A stretch of 64,000 nt of DNA from Frankiaceae bacterium (GTDB taxonomy: Bacteria; Actinomycetota; Actinomycetes; JADGOV01). How positions within the stretch are numbered: position 1 is the stretch's first letter; every line of letters begins with the position of its first letter. A model generated the notes under the pieces. The model did not search any database. It worked only from the letters and a program-made list of their open reading frames with translations, and was not told where the DNA came from. This document shows positions 40,999 through 50,650 of this stretch, piece by piece. The stretch covers positions 1,521-65,520 of the forward strand of contig JADGOV010000004.1 of the NCBI GenBank assembly GCA_017882785.1, read 5' to 3'. The position numbers and the translations under genes are program-made.

Positions 40999-42677
40999 CC
41001 CCCGAGCCGGCGCAGGCTCTCGGCCAGCACGAACCGATCGTCGAAGGGCAGCAGGGACTCGCCGACCTGCTGCCCCTGCTCGTGGCCCTTGCCCGCCACG
41101 ACCACGGTGTCCCCGGCGCTGGCCAGGCCGACCGCCGTCGCGATGGCCGCAGCCCGGTCCGGCTCGAAAACCAGCCGGGCGCGGTGCGCAACCGGTATCC
41201 GCTCGGCCCCGGCGGCCATCGCGTCGAGGATGCGATGCGGGTCTTCCGATCGGGGATTGTCGCTGGTGAGGACGGCGACGTCAGCGCCCTCGGCGACGGC
41301 CGCGCCCATCAGCGGCCGCTTGCCGCGGTCGCGGTCACCTCCGCAGCCGAGCACCGCCAGCAGGTGGCCGCGGGTCACCTCACGCAATGCGCCGAGCAGG
41401 GTCGCCACCGCCCGCGGGGTGTGCGCGTAGTCCACCACGGCAAGGAAGGGCTGTCCGATGTCCACCCGTTCCATCCGGCCCGGCACCGAGCGAAGCTCGC
41501 CGATGCCGGCGGCGGCCTCCTCCGCGGTGACCCCGGCCTGCAGCAGGGCGACGTAGGCGGCGATCGCGTTGTCGACGTTGAAGCCGCCGGGCAGTCGCAC
41601 GAGGAGTTCTGCACCGATGCCACCGGGCCCGATCAGAGTGGCCGTGCTCCCGGCAGCGCCCACACCGACCGATTCGGCCCGCCAGTCCGCCTCCGGGCGG
41701 CCACTCGGGGAGACCGTGACCACCGGGACCGATGCTGTTGCGGCCAGCCGCCTGCCGAAGTCGTCGTCGATGTCGACGACCGCCCGGACGGCGTGCGCCG
41801 GGGTGAACAGCCGGGCCTTCGCGGCGAAGTAGTCCGCCATGTCGGCGTGGAAGTCCAGGTGATCCTGGGAAAGATTGGTGAAGACCGCGACGTCGACGAC
41901 GGTGCCGTCGACGCGGCCCAAGGCCAGCGCGTGGCTGGACACCTCCATCGCGGCTGCGTCAACGCCGCTGTCCACCATCGTGGCGAACAGCGCCTGCAGG
42001 TCCGGTGCCTCCGGGGTGGTCCGCTCACTGGGCACGCTGCGCCCCGCGATCCGGGTCTCAATGGTACCGATCAGGCCGGTGACGTGGCCGGCTGCGCGCA
42101 GACCGGCCTCCACGAGATACGCGGTGGTGGTCTTGCCGTTGGTACCGGTAACACCGACGAGCAGCAGACTGTCGGCGGGTGAGCCGTAGGCCCAGCGCGC
42201 CACCGTGCCAAGCACAGCACGGACATCCGGGACGACGACAACCGGTACGCCGGCGGCCAGCGCGTCCGCCTTGCCGGCCGGGTCGGTGAGCACCGCCACG
42301 GCGCCGTCGGCCACCGCCGCGGCGCTGAAGGCCGCGCCATGCGCCCGCGACCCGGGCAGGGCGGCGTAGAGGTAGCCGGGTCGAACGCGACGGGAGTCGT
42401 GCGTCAGTCCGCTGACGGTGACCTCACTCAGCGGCACTCCCGCAACGGCCACCCGAGGCTCGCTCGGCACCGCGCCTGCTGTCGGCTCCCCCGCCCCCAG
42501 CAGGGCGACCAGTTCCGACACCCGGCGTGGTGCCACCCCAGACGGGGGCGGCGGGCCGGCTGCCGGCACGGGAGGGGACACGGGCGACCACGTTAGCGGC
42601 CGAGGAACAGGTGTCGGCGACACCTGCTCACGGCGCGAGCAACCGGACGGTTGGCGGTGTCGTCCCCGTCGGCGCAA
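40983..42677 (-). CDS. murE: UDP-MurNAc-L-Ala-D-Glu--2,6-diaminopimelate ligase MurE. The start is probably an internal GTG near 42536.
   Basis: …[15 protein letters not shown]… and …DNPRSEDP… are MurE motifs. The longest ORF overlaps the ftsI 3' end by 50 nt. Confidence 0.85.
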   Translation of the reverse strand: MRRRGRHRQPSGCSRREQVSPTPVPRPLTWSPVSPPVPAAGPPPPSGVAPRRVSELVALLGAGEPTAGAVPSEPRVAVAGVPLSEVTVSGLTHDSRRVRPGYLYAALPGSRAHGAAFSAAAVADGAVAVLTDPAGKADALAAGVPVVVVPDVRAVLGTVARWAYGSPADSLLLVGVTGTNGKTTTAYLVEAGLRAAGHVTGLIGTIETRIAGRSVPSERTTPEAPDLQALFATMVDSGVDAAAMEVSSHALALGRVDGTVVDVAVFTNLSQDHLDFHADMADYFAAKARLFTPAHAVRAVVDIDDDFGRRLAATASVPVVTVSPSGRPEADWRAESVGVGAAGSTATLIGPGGIGAELLVRLPGGFNVDNAIAAYVALLQAGVTAEEAAAGIGELRSVPGRMERVDIGQPFLAVVDYAHTPRAVATLLGALREVTRGHLLAVLGCGGDRDRGKRPLMGAAVAEGADVAVLTSDNPRSEDPHRILDAMAAGAERIPVAHRARLVFEPDRAAAIATAVGLASAGDTVVVAGKGHEQGQQVGESLLPFDDRFVLAESLRRLGGWSKA

Positions 42678-44567
42678 TGGCTTCCGACTTCAGGGCAAAG
42701 GACATGATCCGGTGAAAGACCGGGGCGGCCAAGTGCCCGCCGAAGTGGCCGTTGACGGGCCTCTGGAGAACCACAGAGACGAGCAACTGGGGGTTGTCGG
42801 CCGGGGCGAAGCCGACGAAGGAGGCTGTGTAGCCACCTCCCCGGTAGCAGTGGCATCTCGGGTTCGGAATCTGGGCGGTGCCGGTCTTGCCAGCGACGCG
42901 GTAGCCGGCGATGCGGGCCGCGGGTGCGGTGCCCTCATCGCTGGTGACCGCCTCCAGCATGTCCCGCACCTGCAGGGCCACTCCGGCGTCGATCACCCTG
43001 CGCGGAGCGGGTTGGGCCCGCGGGGTGGCCTTCCCGTCCGCCGACACGGTGGCCTTGATCAGCGTCGGCGCCACCCGGATCCCGCCGTTGGCCACCGTCG
43101 CGTACACCGAGGCCATCTGCAGCGCGGTCACCCCGATGCCCTGGCCGAAGGCGATGGTGTGCTCCTGGGAGCCGCTCCACTGCTGTGGCGGGGGCAGGAT
43201 GCCGCGGGATTCCCCGGGGATGCCGACGCCGGTGTCGGCCCCGAAACCGAAGGCGCGAAGAAAGTCATACAGCCGGTTCTTGCCCAGCCGTTCGCCGATC
43301 TGGATCGTGCCGACGTTGCTGGATTTGGCAAGCACGCCCGCGGTGGTCAACCGCTCCACCCTGTGCACTTCGGCGTCGTGAAAGGTGCGGTCGCCGACAT
43401 GGAGCTCCCAGGGCACCCTGAACGGGGTGTCGGGGGTCACCCTGCGGTCCTGCAAGGCACCGGCCACGGTGATCACCTTGTTGACGCTGCCCGGCTCGTA
43501 GGTCTCGGCCACGGCCGGGTTGCCGCTGACCGCCATCGCAGGTCGGACCGGTGCGTTCGGATCGAAGGTCGGGGCGGTGGCGACGGCCAGCAACTCGCCG
43601 GTCCTGATGTCCTGCACGATGGCGGTGCCGCCCTTCGCCTTCACCGCCTTGACCTGGGCAGCGATGGCCTCCTGGGCGGCCCACTGGATGTCCCGGTCCA
43701 GAGTGAGCTGCACGGTCGAACCGGGCACCGGTGCCTGCCCAGCGTGCTCGCCAGCGGGAATCTCCCGCCCACCCGCGCCGAACTCCGCGGTCACCTTGCC
43801 GTCTCGGCCGGCGAGGAGGCGGTTGGCGCTCAACTCCAGGCCGGCACCGCCGGTGGCCGGACCGGTGGTCTGGACGGTCGGGGGGAAGCCAAGGAGTGTG
43901 GCGGCCAGGCCGCCGCCCGGGTAGAAGCGGCGACTCTGAATCTGCGTGCCTATGCCCGTCAGACCATTGGCACGCAGCACCTGCAGTGTGCGCTGGGCGA
44001 CCCCGGGGTCGATGCCACGGGCCAGGATGGCGTAGCGGGTGTCGGTCCGGGTGAGCTGGGACAGCAGATCCGACTGCGGCACGTTGAGCAGCGGGGACAG
44101 GGCCTGGGCCAGGGGCAGCGCCGTGCGTGGCGGGATCTCTGTGGGATCGGCGAAGACCGTGCGGGTTTCGACGCTGAGCGCGAGCGGGTTGCCGTTGCGG
44201 TCCACGATCGCCCCGCGGCTGGCCGGCAGCGTTCGGGCCTGCCGGCGCTGCAGTTCCGCGCGCTGGGCATAGGCGGCACCGTCCAGGCCCTGCAGCTGCA
44301 CCAGTCGGACGCCGAGAACGGCCAACAACAACACCAGCACGGAGAACACCACCTGCAGGCGACGCGCCGGCCGCGCGGAACGCCGAGGGCCGCGCGGCGG
44401 CGCGGAGCCAGGCCCGGATCCGCTGCCCGAGCCGGCACCCCAGCCCGGGCGGTGGGCCGGGCGTGGCGAGGCCCGGTGCGGCGGGTAGGAGCGGCCCCCG
44501 GCGGTTCCGCCGGAACGGCTGCCCATGCCGCGCGGGCCCGGCCGGGTTGGGACGTCCCGCGATCGCG

Positions 44568-44571
<4 letters not shown>
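42628..44571 (-). CDS. ftsI: Penicillin-binding protein FtsI (class B PBP transpeptidase).
   Basis: A TM anchor and PBP dimerisation domain precede the transpeptidase domain (…SVNKV… SxxK, …SSN…, …KTGTA…). The start is uncertain. Confidence 0.85.
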
Positions 44572-45265
<694 letters not shown>

Positions 45266-45269
<4 letters not shown>

Positions 45270-46240
45270 CCGGCATCCCGGACCCGCTCCGCGGCCCGTA
45301 GCCGGGCCGAGGCCGCTCGCGGGTTGGACGCGATCTCTGCGTCGTCGGCTACCTCGGCGCCGCGGGTGAGCAGCCGCAGCTCCGGCGCGCGTTCCGCGAG
45401 CCGGACCGGCAGACCCGGCGGGGTTCGGTCAGCCGCCCCAGCGCTCAGTAGCCGCTTGACGATGCGGTCCTCGAGCGACTGATAGGCGAGCACAGCAATC
45501 CGGCCACCGATTCCCAGCGAGCTCAGGGCTATGGGAACCGCACGCTGCAGGGCGGCCAACTCGCCGTTCACCTCGATGCGCAGCGCCTGGAAGACCCGCT
45601 TGGCGGGGTGGCCGCCACTGCGCCTGGCCGGTGCGGGTATGGCGCCGCGGATGACGTCCACCAGCCGGGCCGATGTCGTGAACGGCGCCCGCTCGCGCTC
45701 GACCGCGACCGCCCTGGCGATGCGTCGGGCGTAGCGTTCATCGCCGTAATTGCGCAGCACGCGGGCCAGATCGTCCACCGGGTACCTGTTCAGCACGTCC
45801 GCCGCAGTTCGCTCCGCCGCCTGATCCATTCGCATGTCAAGCGGCGCGTCCTGGGCATAGGCAAAGCCTCTCCCGGTCTCGTCGATTTGCAGTGACGACA
45901 CACCGAGGTCGAACAGGACACCGTCCACGACGGACAGCCGTTGCGCGCCAAGCACGGTCGGAAGCTCGTCGAAGACGGCGTGCACCAGGACCGTCCTGGC
46001 GGCGTAGTCGCGCAGCCGGGTCCGAGCCGCGGCCAAGGCCTCGGGGTCGCGGTCGATCCCCACCAGGCGTAGCCCCGGATGATCGTCGAGGAGAGCTGCG
46101 GCATGTCCGCCCAAGCCCACGGTGGCGTCGAGGAGCACAGCACCCGGAACCGCCAGTGCCGGCGCCAACAGGGCCCGGACACGGTCAAGGAGAACCGGAA
46201 CATGCCGCCGCGCGGCCGAGGCCGGCGGCGGCTCCGGCAT
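45266..46240 (-). CDS. rsmH: 16S rRNA (cytosine1402-N4)-methyltransferase RsmH (MraW).
   Basis: HVPVLL…[10 protein letters not shown]…VGIDRDPEA…[11 protein letters not shown]… is the RsmH signature. Confidence 0.9.
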
Positions 46241-46243
46241 CAG

Positions 46244-46414
46244 TCAGCCGACGGCCCGCACCATGACGTGCGCGCAGAGCGCCACGCCGGCGGTGACCAT
46301 CAGGGTGAAGAGAAAGATGAGCAGAGTTCCCAGTACTTCTGCCCGCAGATCGGGGCTCGCGGCGTGTCCGAGCGCGGGCACAGAGTGTGCGCCGAGTGCA
46401 GGCTTGCTGTCCAT
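46244..46414 (-). CDS. Candidate small single-TM membrane protein (56 aa) in the large mraZ-rsmH gap.
   Basis: ATG at 46414 with GAAGGG 7 nt upstream. MDSKPALGAHSVPALGHAASPDLRAEVLGTLLIFLFTLMVTAGVALCAHVMVRAVG*. The track ORF (109 aa) is trimmed to the RBS-supported start. Confidence 0.3.
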   Translation of the reverse strand: MDSKPALGAHSVPALGHAASPDLRAEVLGTLLIFLFTLMVTAGVALCAHVMVRAVG

Positions 46415-46622
46415 GTCGACCCTTCGGATGCGGAGTTCGTATACGGGAGGTAGACGCCGTCGCACAGTCCGGTCCCCGCCCGCTCGCACCTGGCACCGGG
46501 GAAGGTGCGCCAGGGGCATCCGAGGACGTCCCTGCAAGAAGCAAGCGAACAATCGAGCGGGTGGGAAACGCACCCCACGTTTGGGGTCCTGGGTTTCGCA
46601 AAGCTACTGAGCAGGAAGCGGG

Positions 46623-47063
46623 TCAGAACAATCCAGGGAGCACCTCCTCTGAGAGGTCGGCGAAGGACTGTTCAGAGGTGGCCAGGAACGCCTGCCACGC
46701 GGGCGCGTCCCAGATCTCCACATGGTTGCTGGCCCCGATCACCGCAATGTCCCGGTCCAGGCCGGCGTACTCGCGTAAGGCTGTCGGAAGCGTGACCCGT
46801 CCCTGCTTGTCGGGGACCTCGAAGCTGGCCCCGGCGAAGAACACCCGGACGTAGTCCCGAACGGCCTTGGCTGACAACGAGGCCTGCTGGATGCGCTCGC
46901 CGAAGACGGCGAACTGCTCCTCGGCAAAGACGTAGAGGCAGCGATCCTGCCCCTTGGTCATCACCAAGCCTCCTGCCAGTTGCTCCCGAAACTTGGCCGG
47001 CAGGAAGAGCCGGCCCTTCTCGTCGAGCTTGGGGAAGTGGGTGCCGACGAACACTGCCGCCAT
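46623..47063 (-). CDS. mraZ: Transcriptional regulator MraZ.
   Basis: [29 protein letters not shown]… carries a duplicated MraZ/SpoVT-AbrB domain. It is the first gene of the dcw cluster. Confidence 0.85.
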   Translation of the reverse strand: MAAVFVGTHFPKLDEKGRLFLPAKFREQLAGGLVMTKGQDRCLYVFAEEQFAVFGERIQQASLSAKAVRDYVRVFFAGASFEVPDKQGRVTLPTALREYAGLDRDIAVIGASNHVEIWDAPAWQAFLATSEQSFADLSEEVLPGLF

Positions 47064-47074
47064 CCCCCTCTAAG

Positions 47075-47100
47075 CTCCACTTCGCTCCACCATACTCCAC
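47075..47100 (-). promoter_or_regulatory. Three direct GTGGAG repeats at 10-bp spacing (candidate MraZ operator) overlapping a putative mraZ promoter.
   Basis: Minus strand: TTGACC-N16-TATGGT, with the -10 inside cGTGGAGtatgGTGGAGcgaaGTGGAGcttagaggggATG. The third repeat ends 11 nt before the mraZ ATG. MraZ proteins are known to bind GTGG(G/T)G-type direct-repeat series in their own promoters. Confidence 0.45.
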
Positions 47101-47220
47101 GGGGTCCCTCGGTCAACGTCTTTCGTTGACGGTCACCCAGGTCACGTATGTCCCGCGGGAGCTTGGCTGGGCGACATTCCGACCGCCCTCCCCGATCCCG
47201 CACCGTGGGTGCGGCCCTTC

Positions 47221-47283
47221 GCCGATCATGCTCGAACGAACGTCGCGAATCGGTTGGCAACGCGCATTCGAGCATGATCGGCG
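47221..47283. repeat. Palindromic interspersed element, copy 2.
   Basis: gccgatcatgctcgaacgaacgtcgcgaatcggttggcaacgcgcattcgagcatgatcggcg, about 160 nt upstream of mraZ and 130 nt upstream of the divergent membrane-protein gene. Confidence 0.6.
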
Positions 47284-47413
47284 TATGGCGGCGCGGCCCA
47301 GCGCGCAGCAACGGCTCAGCGGCTCAGCCGCGGCCGTCCTCGGACTTTCCCCACGGGCGGTACGTGCCGATGATGACGAGTATGCGAAGGGGGCGGAATC
47401 CGTGAGCGGGTTC

Positions 47414-48154
47414 ATGCACGTCTACCACCGGCACATCCTCGAGCCCGGTAAGCAGCCCCTCGTTCTGCTGTTTCTTTCCTTCATCGTCGCCTTCCTCTTC
47501 ATCCGCCTCAGTGTGCGGATGATCCGCGCCGAGGTGTCCTGGTGGCCGGGCAACGTCCAGCCGGGTGGGCTGCACATCCACCACGTCGTGTTCGGCACCG
47601 CCCTGCTGATCGTGACCGGCGTGGTCTCCTTCGCGCCGCTCGCGCAGTCGCTGCTCTGGCAGAGCGTGCTCGGCGCGGGGTTCGGCATCGGCGCGGCGCT
47701 CGTCCTCGACGAATTCGCGCTGATCCTGCACCTGGAGGACGTGTACTGGACCGCGGAAGGGCGCACCTCGGTGGATGCCGTCTTCGTCGGGGTCGCCCTG
47801 ACCGGGCTGCTCCTGCTGGGCGCGGCTCCGTTCGGTGTCAACAACCTCTCCGCGTCCGAAGAGGGCGGCGGCTGGGCGGTGACCGTCAGTGTGCTGCTCA
47901 ACGCGGTCTTCGTCGTCATCACCTTCGCCAAGGGCAAGGTGTGGACCGGTCTCGTCGGCCTGCTGGTACCGGTCTTCGCGTTGGTCGGGACGATCCGGGC
48001 GGCCAGGCCCTCCTCGCTGTGGGCTCGGCGGTTCTACGGGACGGACACCTACCGCATGCACCGGGCCCTCCACCGGGAGGCGGGCTTTCGCCGTAGGGTC
48101 ACCCGCGCCCGGACGGCGCTCTCCGACGCGGTGGCCGGCAAGCCGGACGCGTGA
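47414..48154 (+). CDS. Hypothetical integral membrane protein.
   Basis: ATG at 47414. Multiple hydrophobic helices (…LVLLFLSFIVAFLFIRL…, …HVVFGTALLIVTGVV…, …AVFVGVALTGLLLLGAA…). The upstream part of the track ORF covers the palindromic element and is excluded. Confidence 0.55.
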   Translation: MHVYHRHILEPGKQPLVLLFLSFIVAFLFIRLSVRMIRAEVSWWPGNVQPGGLHIHHVVFGTALLIVTGVVSFAPLAQSLLWQSVLGAGFGIGAALVLDEFALILHLEDVYWTAEGRTSVDAVFVGVALTGLLLLGAAPFGVNNLSASEEGGGWAVTVSVLLNAVFVVITFAKGKVWTGLVGLLVPVFALVGTIRAARPSSLWARRFYGTDTYRMHRALHREAGFRRRVTRARTALSDAVAGKPDA

Positions 48155-48293
48155 TCAGCGCCTGCACTCGGAGCTCCCGGGCCGCCAGCTGCCTCGAGCG
48201 TCCCCCGTCGTCACACTGGCGATAACCGGCGAACAGAGTGACACTGAACGGGGCCCAGGACAGGGCGCCCCCCCGAGCGAACGAGGGAGGTCC

Positions 48294-49287
48294 GGTGAAG
48301 GCGAGCGCGGCGCCCACGGAACATCCCGCCGACCTCGACGGGCTCACCACCGCCGCCGCCCGGGTCAGTGGCGCCGTCGAGCAGGTGATCGAGGGCAAGC
48401 CCGACGTCGTCCGACTGGCGCTGACCGTGCTGCTGGCCGAGGGTCACCTGCTGATCGAGGACGTGCCCGGGGTTGGCAAGACCATGCTGGCCAAGGCGCT
48501 GGCCCGGTCCATCGACTGCTCGGTCCGCCGCATCCAGTTCACCCCCGACCTGCTGCCCAGCGACGTGACCGGTGTGTCCGTCTACAACCAGGAGCTCCGC
48601 GAGTTCGACTTCAAGCCCGGTGCGGTGTTCGCCAACATCGTGGTCGGCGACGAGATCAACCGAGCCTCCCCGAAGACCCAGTCCGCGCTGCTGGAGTGCA
48701 TGGAGGAACGTCAGGTCACCGTCGACACGGTGACCTACGAGCTCGAGCCGCCGTTCATGGTGATCGCCACCCAGAACCCGATAGAGATGGAGGGCACGTA
48801 TCCGCTGCCTGAGGCCCAGCGGGACCGCTTCATGGCCCGGGTGTCCATGGGGTATCCATCCCAGCTGGCCGAGTTGGCCATGTTGGACAGCCACTCGAGC
48901 ACCTCCCCGCTCGATGACCTCGAGCCGGTCACGGACGCCCGCGAGGTGAGCAAACTCATCGACGCGGTCCGGCAGGTCTACGTCGCCGAGTCGCTGCGGC
49001 GCTACACCGTCGAGGTTGTGACCGCCACCCGCACCTCCCGGGAACTCCGTCTGGGCGCCTCCCCGCGGGCCTCACTGCACCTGGTCCGGGCCGCGCGAGC
49101 GGCCGCCGCGCTGGACGGACGGGACTTCGTCCTGCCAGATGACATCCAAGCCCTTGCCGTGTCAGTGCTGGCCCACCGGCTCCTCCCCAGTCCGGAAGCG
49201 CAGATCTCCCGACACCCCCCGGAGGAGGTGGTCCGGAGCATCCTGGCCGCGGTGCCGGTACCCATGGGTGGGGCTCGGGGACGCTGA
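48294..49287 (+). CDS. MoxR-family AAA+ ATPase.
   Basis: GTG at 48294 with GGGAGG 5 nt upstream. Walker A EDVPGVGKT, …VVGDEINRASPKTQSALLECMEE…, and the MoxR lid are present. Confidence 0.85.
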
Positions 49288-49288
49288 G

Positions 49289-50650
49289 GTGGCCCAAATA
49301 TTTGGGCCAGTATTCGGCCAGGTATCCGGGCGGCTGTCCGGCCTGACCGTCCGGGGCCGCTGCTTCATGGCCTCAGGGGTAGCGTGCGCCGCCTGCGGCG
49401 TCCTCTTCGGTGAACGCGACCTGATGCGCCTGGGCGTCTTCCTGCTCGCCTTGCCGGTCCTGGCGCTGGTCGCGCTCTACCGCACGCGTTACCGCATGTC
49501 CTGCACGCGTCGGCTGGACCCGGCCCGGATTCCCGTCGGTCGATCGACGAACGTCACCCTGCGCTTGGAGAACCTGTCCCGGCTGCCGACCGGACTGTTG
49601 CTCGGCGAGGACCGGCTGCCCTACATCCTCGGCGGCCGCCCCCGGTTCGTGCTCGACCGCGTGGAGCCGATGGGTGTCCGGGAGGTCGGATACGACCTTC
49701 GGTCCGAGATCCGCGGCCGGTTCCCGCTCGGCCCGCTGACCATCCGACTCGCCGACCCCTTCGGACTGGCCGAACTGACCCGCTCCTTCACCAACCGGGA
49801 CACCCTCGTCGTCACCCCCGAGGTCGTGCGGCTGCCGCGGGTCGCGTTGGGCGGTGAGTGGTCCGGCGGCGGCGACAGCCGAGCCCGCTCCGTGGCCAGC
49901 GCCGGCCAGCAGGATGTCGCGCCGCGGGAGTATCGGGACGGGGACGACCTGCGCCGGGTGCACTGGCGATCCACCGCCCGCTACGGCGAACTCATGGTGC
50001 GCCAGGAGGAGCAGCCCTGGCAGGCGCGAGCCTCGATGCTGCTCGACACCCGGGTGGCGGCGCACCGCGGAGAGGGCCCGGACTCCTCCTTCGAATGGGC
50101 GGTGACCGCGGCGGCCTCGATCTCGGTGCACCTGGCTCGAGGAGGGTACGTGCTGCGATTCCTCGACGACGCGGGCGAGGAGTTGGCCGGGGACGGTGAA
50201 GCCGAACCGGAGAGTCGCTTGCTCGACTCGCTGGCCGTGGTGGAGCGCAGCGGCGGCACTTCGTTGATCAGTGGGCTGGAAGGCCTGCGCCGTGGCGGCG
50301 GTGAGGGTTTGCTGGTGGCCGTCCTGGGTCTGCTCTCCCCGGCGGAGGTGCAGGCCGTGGCCCGGCTCCGCCACGGTGGCACCACATCGGTGGCCCTGCT
50401 GCTGGACGCCGAGTCCTGGCTCGCCGACCCGGCGCAGGAGGGTCGCGAATCGGGTCGCGGCGGCAGCGTCGCGTACCAGGCCAACCAGGCGATGCTGCGG
50501 GCCGCCGGCTGGCGGGTCATCCCGGTAGCCCGCGGCGCCACCGTGCCCGACGTGTGGCAGGTTGCCGGCGCCAAGCTCGCGCCTCGACGACGGATCGACG
50601 CGGTCGGCGGCTTCCTCGGCGCAGCGGCCCACACCGGAGGTCACCGGTGA
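49289..50650 (+). CDS. DUF58-domain (vWA-like) protein, the MoxR partner.
   Basis: Its start abuts the MoxR stop. …DLRRVHWRSTARYGELMVRQEE… is the DUF58 signature. It lies between the MoxR and transglutaminase genes, as in conserved actinobacterial triads. Confidence 0.7.
   Translation: MAQIFGPVFGQVSGRLSGLTVRGRCFMASGVACAACGVLFGERDLMRLGVFLLALPVLALVALYRTRYRMSCTRRLDPARIPVGRSTNVTLRLENLSRLPTGLLLGEDRLPYILGGRPRFVLDRVEPMGVREVGYDLRSEIRGRFPLGPLTIRLADPFGLAELTRSFTNRDTLVVTPEVVRLPRVALGGEWSGGGDSRARSVASAGQQDVAPREYRDGDDLRRVHWRSTARYGELMVRQEEQPWQARASMLLDTRVAAHRGEGPDSSFEWAVTAAASISVHLARGGYVLRFLDDAGEELAGDGEAEPESRLLDSLAVVERSGGTSLISGLEGLRRGGGEGLLVAVLGLLSPAEVQAVARLRHGGTTSVALLLDAESWLADPAQEGRESGRGGSVAYQANQAMLRAAGWRVIPVARGATVPDVWQVAGAKLAPRRRIDAVGGFLGAAAHTGGHR

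Noticed and set aside
46244-46573. Full-length 109-aa ORF in the mraZ-rsmH spacer.
   Set aside because: The N-terminal half has no RBS and is Arg-rich noise. Only the C-terminal 56 codons after an RBS-supported ATG are retained as a low-confidence small protein.
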